Assembly: GCA_002633005.1 (NCBI GenBank)
Contig: NMRA01000088.1
Location: 917,233 to 981,232 of the forward strand
Length of the DNA: 64,000 bases
Direction: 5' to 3'
From: Phoronis australis
Lineage: Eukaryota; Animalia; Phoronida
Notes under the pieces: model-generated
What the model was told of the DNA's origin: nothing
Database searches by the model: none
What the model saw: the letters and a program-made list of their open reading frames with translations, nothing else
Position numbers and translations under genes: made by a program
Shown: positions 11,795 through 24,300 of the stretch, piece by piece
How the letters are laid out: every line of letters starts with the position of its first letter
Numbering within the stretch: the first letter of the stretch is position 1

Positions 11795-12667
11795 GACTTG
11801 GATCTTCTTCATCGGTCGGTGCACAGGCTGCACCCATTCCTCTTCAACCTCGTTCGCACTCAATGACCCCTCATCAGCCTCTTTCTGAGCAGCGAGCTCA
11901 GCCAACACTGATGACTCCAGGTTCAGCTTCAAGTGTGTGGGTTCAGCAATGGATGAATCTAATTCCTCGATTCTCAAACTCTCCGCATGCACAGGCTCAC
12001 CACGCTCGTGCAAAACGTCCTGGATGTGTTCTTCAGTATACGAGTTTTCCACCAATTCCTCAAAAGCACGTTCATGATCGGAATCAATCTCGTGAATTTC
12101 CACGTCACTATCGTGATCACTCTCCTCATCTCTCGATATCAAACCGTTTTGAGCAACATCGTGAGTGACAAGCACCTCCGAAGACGACACTGCGACTCCG
12201 CCATCATCTCCGTCTTCACGAATCACCAACTCTTCCAAGATCTCGAAATCCGGCTCCGACGGGGTCAAATCCTCTGACGGGGTCAACTTAACGAAGTCCG
12301 GCGTGAAATTCTCCGCCTCTTCTTTGGCAAGGTCGTCGCCGCTCTCGCTACTACTGCTACTACTGTCATGCTCGACAAACGTGGGTGGGGAAGATGCGAG
12401 TGAATCAGAGACATCTTGTGGCTTAACCTCATTCTCGTCTCGGGCCGCATTCTCGTTACTGACCTCATGTTTAGCCGAAAATTCTTCGGCCTCTTCCTCT
12501 CTCAGCTTCTCTTCCTGTTGTCGGAATTCGGCGGAGCTGGCAGAATCCGAAGCGCTGTGCGACCCGGTCGATGAACGCGCTGGTTCCATGTGTAAAGTGG
12601 CAACCTCTATTGATGACGGTGGTTCTGTGTCAAGCTGCATAGGACTGATTAGTTGGGGAGAAGTTAC
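11795..12667 (-). CDS. MPDZ: MPDZ/PATJ large exon: acidic, Ser/Glu-rich disordered linker (291 aa)
   Basis: Long ORF 11741-12640; acceptor ccacag, donor GTC|gtaagt; 873 nt, phase 0 to 0. Confidence 0.82.
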
Positions 12668-13372
12668 CTGTGGCCAAATAGAGATTGAGCATGCACGATA
12701 ATCAGCCTGTACCCTATATACACTGGAGGTAACTGGAGCTAAAAAGAAGGCAGAACGGTGGCGCCTCCTGCCAGATCCTCTCGTAAATAAACAAGACTGG
12801 TTTAATGGCCAAATAAATTATCTAGAGAGCAGTAGCCGGGATTGCAAATCAAAGTGAACAATGTGTTTTACTGTTCAATATTTTCATGTCATAACTGACC
12901 TAAAATAAGCATAAAATTCCAGAAATATACAGCACAGTTTTTCAAGGCAAACTATAATCAAACAAAACTCGATACGTAAGAAACCAAAATTGTTTTAACA
13001 CAACCGCCCTGTCCCCGTCATTTCCGTTTGACCGCGCAACTGGGATGGACAGAACCTGCAAACGGCTACAAACAGCGCTAAAAAGGGGGGGGACGTTGCA
13101 GAAGTGAGCCACAGCACCCGACTACTCACAAACATTGGGGCCACTCAAAACGCACAGTAACACCCACAGATAAGGCACTATAACACAGATTCAGCTCGAG
13201 ACAGACCGTTTCACTTCTTGAATAAACCTTCCTGTAAAATCCCACATATTAAGGACACACTACGGCGGACAAGCGAAACAATATGCTGAACTTCATCTTT
13301 TTCATAAAATATAAATAGCACTGAATGAATTATTTACAAAGCCCCTTGCAGCACTCCCTTTGAAAATCATTC

Positions 13373-13444
13373 TTTTGGTTCACGTCTTGGGGTGGGACCC
13401 CTTGTTTTGGTTCACGTCTTGGGGTGGGACCCCTTCTTTTGGTT
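13373..13444. repeat. Tandem repeat, 32-bp period x2.2
   Basis: TTTTGGTTCACGTCTTGGGGTGGGACCCC repeated. Confidence 0.9.
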
Positions 13445-13728
13445 TTTCAATAAGATGAGATCCTCATTACACACAGATAATGGATCGAATGGAGTTTCTT
13501 GATTGCTTCAGGGAAAGATTAGCCATAAAAAACTTTATTTACTTCAATTTCGGTCTGACCTATACCGTATCTGCTATTAGACAATGCTTTGAGAAATCGT
13601 CGGCATGCAAAACAATTTCGGAAGCCTTCAAATGAAGGTGTTTAAATTTTGGTAAAATGTCTTTGGTAATACCACATTCGAGCAAATCTCATTAAAATAT
13701 AACAGTAATGCTTCACTAACTCATTATG

Positions 13729-13893
13729 TTGGTTTGTAGTGTATACACAATGTAAGACAATACAAATGATAATATTGGTTTGTAGTGTATAGACATTGTA
13801 AGACAATACAAATTATAATATTGGTTTGTAATGTATAAACATAGTAAGACAATACATATGATTATGTTTCCCTGCCATGAAGTTGGTTTGTAG
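13729..13893. repeat. Minisatellite, 46-bp period x3 plus a degenerate copy
   Basis: TTGGTTTGTA.TGTATA.ACA..GTAAGACAATACA at 13729, 13775 and 13821. Confidence 0.88.
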
Positions 13894-14572
13894 AGACAGT
13901 GAAGACATTAGAAGAAAATATGCGATTCTGTTTCCATTATGTGCAACAAATCAGTCTTTGGAAATTTTTAAATGACAATTTTAGCGATTAGTGAACAGCT
14001 ACCATAACTATTAGTCAATCAATCATACGGTGGTATTGTAAAATATTACAAACTTTGCACAAACATAACCGCCAAAATTACCTTTTTTTGTTTTCCAAGG
14101 TCTTCTAACGTTGTAACAGTTGCGAATACGCACAATTTTTTAAAATATTTGCCTGACGGTAGCTATGATACACAACTTAAACATGGCAAAGCATCAATTT
14201 GATGAGCATATCTTATAAGAAAAAATAAAAATTTCACTTGTCCACCGCACTATGTGCCAAACTGGTGAGATGTTACTGTAGGTCTAACTACTTACTAGTT
14301 TCCAAAGAAAAAACGTGTCATATTTTCATTCAACTATAATAGTAAATACTTTTCCAAACAATGAACAGATACATCACAGAACTACTACATCAAGAAATCC
14401 CCACTTACTGTACAGTTAGCAGTTCCTTAAATGGAGCACAACTTTATTCCATTGTCAGCTCTTCATCTATTCTTAACAGACTAAGCAATAATCGTTTGGT
14501 CGATGTAGAAACACAGACGTTTGGTACTGTCAACACGAATGCACCTTGACCACTTTCAGGTGAAAAACATAC

Positions 14573-14794
14573 CTGAGAGCCTAGAGGCAAAGGCTTGAGT
14601 ACGCCTATTCTGACCACTCCCCGTGGCGCTCCCTTGAGCGCTTGCACGGCTTGCTCCAGCGACTCATTCTCGAGATCCATGTCGTTGACAAATATAAGGC
14701 GGTCGCCAGGTACTAGGCGACCATCGACTTGTGCGACGCCACCTGGTACCAGACTCCGGATAACGATGATAACGTCAGCGGGATTCATTGGGTC
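14573..14794 (-). CDS. MPDZ: MPDZ/PATJ exon: rest of PDZ5 (DPMNPADVIIVIRSLVPGG...VRIGVLKPLPLGSQ)
   Basis: Acceptor ttcccctccgcag, donor CAG|gtatgt; 222 nt, phase 0 to 0. Confidence 0.94.
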
Positions 14795-15091
14795 CTGCGG
14801 AGGGGAAAAATATTGAATTTAATGAGGTCTTCAATACCAGCAAAGCAATAATTCAAACATTAAACTTAAAAACCGGACATGCTTCAGTGCAAGTATGCCT
14901 TTTACCCCTTCAACAAATTACACAGTAATTTGCAAACAAACGCCTTTCCCAACAAATCATCATGAGACACTTCAACACGTTTGGTTCTAATGGCTACCAA
15001 TGTCCAACACTTCAATAGCTGTTCTAAAATATGAATATTAAATTTTAAACCAGCGTGGAAATACACATCACAAATATTTTTAAGTGGGATC

Positions 15092-15157
15092 TGCACGCCA
15101 CCTGTTGGTCACATCGAGTTCATTAGGTTATGTAATGTGGCCAACAGGTGGCGTGCA
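15092..15157. repeat. 23-bp inverted repeat hairpin whose arms are CTCF-like motifs
   Basis: TGCACGCCACCTGTTGGTCACAT / ATGTGGCCAACAGGTGGCGTGCA, one mismatch, 20-nt loop. Confidence 0.8.
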
Positions 15158-15362
15158 AACTGGATTTAAAATTGTTTGTGAGCTGTTCTAAAAAAGATGT
15201 CTCCACAGAAAGGTCTTCTTTGCATTATCCGCACAGAACCAGAACAAAAGCTGATTAGGGTCCTCTGTGACTATCCGAGCAGTACTGTTATTTAACTAGT
15301 GCCACCTAGTGAAGGGTCTTCATGGTAAAGTCTTAGTCACTGTAGCAAATAGCATAGAATAC

Positions 15363-15749
15363 CTGGTAATCTAGGATGCTGAAGCCAAGCCCTTTGTCTC
15401 CCTTCACTAACTCAATAACAAATGGCTCATCGCTCCATTTTGCCAGGTCAGTCAGTGGTTCCAGAGAGCGGGACTTCATCTTGTCAAGCTCCACTCCAGG
15501 AGGGGGTGGGCCCATCGACAACGATTGCTCTGATTTGGCTTTGACGAGACGGTCGACAACGCTGTATGGGGGGGCTTCCGTGGTGGGTGTTGGCCGCTGG
15601 AAAAACTGTTCGCGCTCGTGTGCAAAGGCGAACTCGGGGTTGGCGTGTGTGCGGCGCCGTGCCACGATGAGCCGCACGTGCTGAGGCAGCTCCTTCAATA
15701 TCTTCACTACCTCAGTGTGGTTCAAGCCGAGCAACTTCTGACCATTAAC
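15363..15749 (-). CDS. MPDZ: MPDZ/PATJ exon: end of PDZ4, linker, start of PDZ5 (...IELVKGDKGLGFSILDYQ)
   Basis: Acceptor tctcag, donor CAG|gtattc; 387 nt, phase 0 to 0. Confidence 0.93.
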
Positions 15750-16495
15750 CTGAGATTGTGGCACACAATTACATCTCAAATGCAATCGAATAATATTGGG
15801 ACTCTTCAGGTTTATTTAAGGGCCTTATTTTTGATTTCTTAAGCATCCAGAGCTCTCAAACAGAAAGACTAGTAACTCACAGTACAGTTAGCAAATACGA
15901 AGCCATTAAGCCAGGCGCAATATTTTGAGTACATATACTATGCAAAACGCAGGATAAACGCAAGATAGGCTAGAGAAACAATCGAGTTACGGGCTTATTA
16001 GCATTAAGACAAGCTAAATATTACATAGCCAGTGATACCGATTCTCATCAAGTTTACGCCTTATAAAGAAGTTATCACAGTCTGAGAGTTGCATCATTAC
16101 GAATTTAGTGTTTCTAACACACTTTTTCCTACTCCGAAATTCGCGGGACAGAAATGCTACGATATTTACGATATTGTCCGAAATTCATGAACCCTTGAAA
16201 AACAGTTTTGGACCCTGTAAGCATTTCGCAGACCATGGAAGATTCATTTTGGAAATATTTATTCTTGTCCTAAAATAGCAGACCAAACGAAAATGGTGCA
16301 ACTAACCGTAATTTTGTTTACAGAACAAAACTGACAATATCTCTGCAACATCAGGACAAAGTAGATTTTCAGAAGATTTCACGTGTACATTCAAGCACAC
16401 CAGTCGAAGGTACAATGATGCCCTTCATCAAATCCCATCGATACTGACCATTTATGCATGAAATCAAGATCAATACGGCTATCGTTATAGCTCAC

Positions 16496-16749
16496 CTCGA
16501 GCAGTTCATCACCAGACTGCAACTGTCCGTTCATACCGACGGGACCCTCGGGCAAGATGGATCGGATGAAATGATGTGGACGCACCTCTCGCCCATTCTC
16601 CACGTCTACTGTCCCCTCCAGACTGATACCCAGGCCCCCGCCCTCCCTGAACTTTGCAAGCTGGGCCACCACCACCTCAAAGTCATCACCCACCACCGGC
16701 TGCCACTCCAGCTTCTTGGCAGCCTCGATCTCGTTTGGAAGGTCACCAC
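16496..16749 (-). CDS. MPDZ: MPDZ/PATJ exon: N-part of PDZ4 (GDLPNEIEAA...VAQLAKFREGGGLGISLEGT...SGDELLE)
   Basis: Acceptor ttgccaacag, donor GAG|gtgagc; 254 nt, phase 1 to 0. Confidence 0.93.
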
Positions 16750-19012
16750 CTGTTGGCAAGGATAGGAATCATCATTTGAATGTAATACAGCAACTGTTCA
16801 AACAAATTAACTAGAGTGCTTCAAACGCGAGCCACAAGAAAACATGGATTACTGCACTCCTAGATTTAAACACAGGTCAGTAAAGGCAACATGATATAAA
16901 TTCATGGATTAAGAGATCATTCAATCGACATGGATTTGCATCAAGTCAACAGACACTAGACACTGGTTATGGTCACATATACTGACTATAAGGACACTTT
17001 CCTTCATATAAAACCAATTGAAAGATAAATTTAATAAAGGAACTACAACACTTGACTAAACTCTACGTCATCTGAAAAATGTTGACATCGAAGATGGTGC
17101 AAGCACGCATCAATTGCTTCTGCTAGTGAATGTGCGAGATGATCAGATCTCACACTGTAATTGCACTGAGTTCAAATGACTATGCATCGATTCGTTATTG
17201 GTGATTAACTAAATTTGGCATCTTCCTTCCTCTACGTCTGTTGTGGGGCAAAATTAGTCTTGGGTAAAGTTTAATACCTAATTTGCTTACCTTCAGCGGC
17301 TTTTCAGTATCAAAAACAACTCTTGAACAAAAGACTGACAACTACAGCTACGAAATTCAACTGTATTGAAGTTTACTAAATTTAACGCACAATAGGGAAG
17401 AAGTACTTTTATTTCTTGAAAAATTTCAACAAAAGAAACAGCACAAAATGTTATACTTCAATATGACCATGGTTAGTTCAATACAGTTATCGTGAAATAA
17501 ACCTTAGTAATTTGTTAGTGTTTTTAACAATTATTTAATACTTAAAATCACTTTGAAAATTACAAATTGTGGCAATTAATTTTGCGTGAAATAGGAAAAA
17601 ATATCACAGTACTGCCAATAAAGAGTGCCATCTTACAAACAGCATGTTGAGACACTTTGAATGCGTTTAAAGTACTTCGACAACAACGAGAAAAGAAAAT
17701 TCTTCAGTTTACCCAATTATAATCATTAATTGCTCTTAACAGCCATTACTATCACCTCGAAATCAATTTGGCAAAAATTTCATTACCTCGACTGACAATC
17801 ACGAGACAACAGCTTGTACGAAGCAATCACAAAATGACAACAAATTCTATAGGCAAATAGGACTGACGACATCCAAATAGGCAATTTCCAATCGGCATTA
17901 AACGAGTATGGTGCATGATGGCATTTCAATAATTATGCGAATCTCTGCAAACTACGACGCAATCCCTGGGGACTGAGTACATTATAAGAAGTAGCGTGAG
18001 CAATGAGATAAAAGTATGCCAAAGTACTGGCATGAATTATACATGAAGAAGCAACCAAAGTTAGTGGTTGCTCTCTAACTCTATCTCTCTCTGTCTCTAA
18101 TTAAATTGAGCAGATGGACTAAGAAAATCTCTACTGTCGTAATCAAATTCACCCAGACTAAGCCATGATAAAGCAACAGACCAATTCCTCTGCGGGACAT
18201 GGCAAAACGAATGCTAGACATCGGTGCCACCTGGAGACAAAAACTAGGAACTGATCTGCCACCAGCATACTAGCTTGCCAACTGTTGGCGTATACTGTAA
18301 ATCTAACCAAACCATATGGCCCGCCCGATTGCCAACATCAATTTTGTACATAATATGTTCATTGAATCTGAAATTCCGAGCACGGATTTAAGTAAATAGG
18401 GCATAACAGTGAAAATTTTTCAAGAAGCAAGACAACGTGGAATGTTCCATGCTGACCAATCCAGTTGCACGCGAAATAACTACACAAGTTCGACGAACTT
18501 TGCGACCCAACGCAGACAAGCGAACACAGGATGTTTGCGGGTGAGGCGAAGCTGAGCGTGGTCGGCTGAACATTGAACACAGTGCACACCGCAAAAACGA
18601 ACACTCGCCACGCTACAGATACTACAAAACAATCATCATTCTGGTTAAAATTGCTAGTGACAACAAATTCGAGTTTATGAGTAGAACCAGGATACGACGG
18701 CAGAAAATTGCTGGAATGGTGTTTGGTACCAATGACATGGCAAAAGCGGTGCTCTCAAAATTGATTTTCGAGTTTCTAAATCGAAATGCTCACATGGACG
18801 AACATAATAACATATAATTACAAACAGAACATACTTTGATATAATACTTGCTAACTAGTAGGACAACCAAGCTTCTCATATGACCATCAGGCATAAACCA
18901 TAATCAGCTACTTTGACACTGCTTTTCATACACAAAAGTTACCAAACGATCAAAGATCCAATCAACAACTGCCCAGCTGTCTCAAATCTACAGGGAAATT
19001 CCATACTGACTT

Positions 19013-22000
19013 AATCAAATGTTCAAGACCCAATATCTTGCAGCCAACAAAAGGAACCAAAATTCACCAGTAGTTTCTCACTTGGTAATCACATGGGAGC
19101 AAGTAGCCTCAAGGAAGCTGGTCACATTGGGTCCAGACACTAGTGACCTCTAGAGGATGAAAAGGTAATTTCATTTGTTTAAAATGTCTCATATCTAATC
19201 ACATACACTGCAAAAAGGGCTTTTTACAAAACTGTATTCTCCTATAAGCCCTGCTGTGATGAAGTACCTCTTCATACAGCCAGGTGGCAACAGGAGTCAC
19301 TGGCTCCATGTGATCAGCTATCCTTGCTTCCTATGAGTCTCTCATTAAAGGGAAACTTTAAAAAAATACTGTACCGTGATCTTATTTTACACATAATGAA
19401 TCAATCTAAATCTACACATAATAACACTTTGAATCTAACCACAACAAAATCAGCAACATATGACAAAACCAATGCCGTCCCCCGTGGCAGCGACGAGCCA
19501 TGAACATCGAGAAATCAAAATCTCAAAAGACGTCACGAAATCCCGCGAGCAAAAGGCGAGCACTGCGTGAGTACGCCAACCCAGCAAAACGGAGGCTACT
19601 GAATACTAAATTATGGGACTGAATTCATAAATTATGGGATAAAATTCGTTGTTTCTGTACCATGCGCAGAAACTTTTCACATGTAAGCTAATATACAAGG
19701 TCTACAGAATGCAGCTATGGTCATGGCAATTGGCCAGAGCGTTTAGGTCAATACAGCACATCAATTTACGTCACCAGGCCCTGCCAAAGCCTGCCAACTC
19801 CATTTCTGATCAGAAACTAGGGGGCAGCATTGGTTCCGTTATAGCAACTACAAAGAGAGCACCGCTTGAACAAACAAAATTTAGCTAAGCAAGGACAGTC
19901 TCCAGCACAATCCACTTGCCTGTTGCATGCAGAAAAACGGTGAGGAAAAAACAAACATTAGTGGGAGGTCGACGCCGTGAGGCCGACAGCGGGGGTGGGG
20001 TGGCAAGCAAACAGACGAGCACGGCACAAGAAGCGGGGGTGGGGGTGACAACATGGAACCTTCCACAGTTACTTAAATTTCGCGTCACTTTAAAAATTCA
20101 CAATATTAAGATAATCTTTGCCATATTTTGTAATGATTGGGACCTGGTGAAAAATATGGTCTTTTTACGACAACACAGAATCAAAAGAGAAAAAGTTACC
20201 ATTAACAAAACAAGAAATCCAAGGCATTCATTTTTTACCTTTGGTTAGATTTTGATAAGGACAGTCTTGTACATTTACACTCAAAAACTTTGATGCTTAA
20301 ATCCCCGTACATCCAAGAAACTTTCTGCAAATACTTGAACCAGTGGTTTTGTTTTTCAGTATCACGAGAATGACAAGAATTTGAAAGCTGTTCGCCATTT
20401 CTGGCTTTGCAGACCGTCTACACACACAAGATGAGATTAGGGCTCTGTTTCCTCAAGATTGTAGGTGGCTTGCATAGAGAATTGATGGGTGTGGATACGG
20501 TCTACCACTATATGTCAGTTGCAACTTTTTAATTCTGATAAAAAAACNAATCAAATGTTCAAGTCCTGATATCTTGCGGCCAACAAAAGGAACCAAAATT
20601 CACCAGTAGTTTCTCACTTGATAATCACATGGAAGCAAGTAGCCTCACGGAGGCTGGTCACACTGGGACCAGACACTAGTGACCTCTAGAGGATGAAAAG
20701 GTAATTTCATTCGTTTAAAATGTCTCATATCTAATCACATACACTGCAAAAAGGGCTTTTAACAAAGTTGTATTCTCCTATGAGCCCTGCTGTGATGAAG
20801 TACCTCTTCATACCGCCAGGTGGCAACAGAAGTCACTGGCTCCATGTGATCAGCAATCCCTGCTTCCTAAGAGTCTCTCATTAAAGGGAAACTTTAAAAA
20901 AAATACTGTACCGTGACTTAATTTTACACATTATGAATCAATCTAAATCTACACATAATTACACTTTGAATCTAACCACAACAAAATCAGCAACATATGA
21001 CAAAACCAATGCCGTCCCCTGTGGCAGCGACGAGCCATGAACATCGTGAGATCAAAATCTCAAAAGACGTCACGAAATCCCGCGAGCAAAAGGCGAGCAC
21101 TGCGTGAGTACGCCAACCCAGCAAAACGGAGGCCACTGAATACTAATACTTATGGGACTGAATTCATAAATTATGGGATAAAATTCGCTGTTTCTGTGCC
21201 ATGTGCAGAAACTTTTCACATGTAAGCTAATATACAAGGTCTACAGAATGCAGCTATGGTCATGGCAATTGGCCAGAGCGTTTAGGACAATACAGCACAT
21301 CAATTTACGTCACCAGGCCCTGCCAAAGCCTGCCAACTCCATTTCTGATCAGGAACTAGGGGGCAGCATTGGTTCCGTTATAGCAACTACAAAGAGAGCA
21401 CCGCTTGAACAAATAAAATTTAGCTAAGCAAGGACAGTCTCCAGCACAATCCACTTGCCTGTTGCATGCAGAAAAACGGTGAGGAAAAAACAAACATTAG
21501 TGGGAGGTCGACGCCGTGAGGCCGACAGCGGGGGTGGGGTGGCAAGCAAACAGACGAGCACGGCACAAGAAGCGGGGGTGGGGGTGACAACATGGAACCT
21601 TCCACAGTTACTTAAATTTCGCGTCACTTTAAAAATTCACAATATTAAGATAATCTTTGCCATATTTTGTAATGATTGGGACCTGGTGAAAAATATGGTC
21701 TTTTTACGACAACACAGAATCAAAAGAGAAAAAGTTACCATTAACAAAACAAGAAATCCAAGGCATTCATTTTTTACCTTTGGTTAGATTTTGATAAGGA
21801 CAGTCTTGTACATTTACACTCAAAAACTTTGATGCTTAAATCCCCGTACATCCAAGAAACTTTCTGCAAATACTTGAACCAGTGGTTTTGTTTTTCAGTA
21901 TCACGAGAATGACAAGAATTTGAAAGCTGTTCGCCATTTCTGGCTTTGCAGACCGTCTACACACACAAGATGAGATTAGGGCTCTGTTTCCTCAAGATTG

Positions 22001-22086
22001 TAGGTGGCTTGCATAGAGAATTGATGGGTGTGGATACGGTCTACCACTATATGTCAGTTGCAACTTTTTAATTCTGATAAAAAAAC
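19013..22086. repeat. 1.54-kb head-to-tail duplication joined at a single N (20548); probable haplotype-overlap assembly artefact
   Basis: 19013-20547 versus 20549-22086; the same ORFs appear twice in the track. Confidence 0.93.
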
Positions 22087-22209
22087 ACATCATCACGTCT
22101 GCAGTAACGCGGCCGCAGCCATCTGATCTATGTTAAATACACAACCATGGAGAGCAGCCCACTGGGTCTGCTGACGTGGCAAAGCGTTTTCACTGGATAT
22201 AGTCACTTA

Positions 22210-22288
22210 CACAAGGCCTGCATTTTGAGAACCAGTTTGATGCTTGCTATTAAGTGGAGAAAACTGGTTCTCAAAATGCGGACCCAAG
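22210..22288. mobile_element. ~80-bp palindromic MITE, copy 3 (loop in the opposite orientation)
   Basis: cactta|C...GCATTTTGAGAACCAGTTT / AAACTGGTTCTCAAAATGC...G|taagtg. Confidence 0.7.
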
Positions 22289-22349
22289 TAAGTGACTATG
22301 ACTGCATTTTCATTGGTACAAACAAAACAAGAGTGAACCCCATACGTAC

Positions 22350-22505
22350 TGTAATCCTCCTCCTTTTGGTACATATGGATGTCGTTGGCGTTGGCATGGC
22401 GACTGATGGCATTATACACCTGAGTTTGGAAGGCCTCGTTGGTTGGTTCCTCTGTGGGGCTGGGCTCTTCCTCTGGGGAGCCAGGCGCGGGCTGGGCGGA
22501 CTGAG
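22350..22505 (-). CDS. MPDZ: MPDZ/PATJ exon: PDZ3-PDZ4 linker (AQSAQPAPGSPEEE...KEEDY)
   Basis: Acceptor ctcttcag, donor TACA|gtacgt; 156 nt, phase 1 to 1, which matches the phase-1 start of the next exon. Confidence 0.8.
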
Positions 22506-23796
22506 CTGAAGAGACGAAACAAAGTATTACCGAATACGGGTGCACAGGCAATATGGGTTGACCATGACTTATCATATCAGATTTCTATACAAACCCGTAT
22601 CCACCATTTACATGAATTCATATGAAAGGAATATCACATATATGGATGATATTAACTGTCAATATAACTTTTTTTCATGCAAGGTTTACATGGACTTTAC
22701 CACTGAGCAATGATAAATGATCAAAAGAGGTTTCCACCAATGCTGATCTGAGTTATACCAGTCTGATGATAATTTATCATCAGTCCAACTTCAATTCATA
22801 TCAACCGAACTGGGAGTGTAGAGAACAATACCGCTACAATTTGACATGCTAGATCTCCATAAAAAATACTTTCAACCACTCATTTGTGAGACAATATCAG
22901 TTCTTGGCAATAGCGTATGCAAACACAAATGAAATCGCTAAAAGTTCCGATGCTTTTCACAATTCCGCGGACAATTTCGCGGTTTCTTCACCATATTTCA
23001 TACAACATCTTACCAACCTTACCCAACTCATTTCCCACTAAACCTCTCGACAAAAAAAAATCAACACCAGGATTCCCAATTGCTCAGAAGTAAAGACAAA
23101 AAGCTACAAATGGGTGTAATTGATTAGAATACGTCTTGGCAATGGACGCAACATGCATATGGAAAAATCAATGCGTGATGTCCTCAGAGTATAACATGCA
23201 GAGTTGTAAATAGATAACATTTCACCATGGCAACCGACGATTACATCACAACAATAAAGTGTTTCCGTTTTCAACCTAAATCGCTGCCTCAACCAAGGAC
23301 GCCCTGCTTAATGTACACTCGGTCAAGTCCACAAGCCAGCTGGTCGATCTCAATTCATGCCATCTCAGGGGAGTTGACTTAAACCGATGCAATCATAAAG
23401 TGGCACGACCAAACTGATAACATTTTATCAATACGCCAATTGCCCAATGTGTTTTTATGAGAGATCACCAGCTAACCACACAGACAATTTAATCCCTCAA
23501 CTGAGCTATCAAGATCACTAACGGAACATAAAACTGGACTTTACAGACATATCTCGCCCACCCGATCTGATGGTGTACAGATCTGCCACAGACTAGAAAA
23601 ATCACGCGCGTAAGTCATGAGTCGAATATAAGGCCTTGGGCTTAGATTCTAATATAACGACGTAGTCGAATTTAAGCTCCTGGGCTTAAATGCAAGATTT
23701 ACGGCAATTCGTCCATTCAAGTGTGATGAAATTTTCCGAGTTCAATCGGCAGCCTCGATGGCTCATGCCGGCAACCAGGCTACCCTCGCCTCATAC

Positions 23797-23932
23797 CTGC
23801 ATAGTTCTGCAGCTGCTCATACTTGGGTCCATGCATGTAGCGCGCTAGCTGTAAACGAACAATCTGACCTGTCTGTCTGAGAACGTCCACCGCTTGGTGG
23901 TTGGTAAAGCCTTGCAGAGATTGGCCGTCCAC
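23797..23932 (-). CDS. MPDZ: MPDZ/PATJ exon: end of PDZ3 (VDGQSLQGFTNHQAVDVLRQTGQIVRLQLARY...)
   Basis: Acceptor ctctgccaccag, donor G|gtatga; 136 nt, phase 0 to 1. Confidence 0.92.
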
Positions 23933-24208
23933 CTGGTGGCAGAGAGACAAACTTGTCATGAGCAGGAGATGTAAACAGGTGATAACCCGAGGTGACAAGT
24001 TATGCGGGGATGGGGGTAACGCAATGTGAAGAAAAGATCATAAGAACTGATAGGCTTGCGAAAGCATGATTTGACCAGTGCTTCAACGAGGTTAAAAGAC
24101 ATTCATGTTTAAACGGTTCCACATAACTTGAACTTATTTCGTTAAAGTGAAATTGTTGTCAGACGAGGGGATTCACATCTACTGCCATCTCTCACCATCG
24201 CTACTTAC

Positions 24209-24300
24209 CTCCACTATCTGGTCGTGTACGTTGATCCTGCCATCATGAGCTGCAGCGCTACCTTCAGTCACACTCTTCACGAAGATGCCCGATGGCTCGT
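24209..24300 (-). CDS. MPDZ: MPDZ/PATJ exon: middle of PDZ3 (DEPSGIFVKSVTEGSAAAHDGRINVHDQIVE)
   Basis: Acceptor tttgttcag, donor GAG|gtaagt; 92 nt, phase 1 to 0; translated by hand (too short for the ORF track). Confidence 0.92.

Noticed and set aside
11749-12701. Plus-strand ORFs of 96-178 aa, and similar ones opposite other exons
   Set aside because: They are antisense shadows of GC-richer coding exons with no recognisable domain.
17286-18700. Donor AAG|gtaagc at 17291 as an internal first exon
   Set aside because: There are stops in the compatible frame and no independent promoter evidence in the sequence.
19082-19149. Exon-like block between a ctctag acceptor and a gtgaga donor
   Set aside because: It contains a stop in the required phase-1 frame and its length is not a multiple of three.
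22420-22505. Shorter version of the PDZ3-4 linker exon using CAG|gtgtat
   Set aside because: It ends in phase 0, but the next exon requires phase 1. The donor at 22350 keeps the frame.
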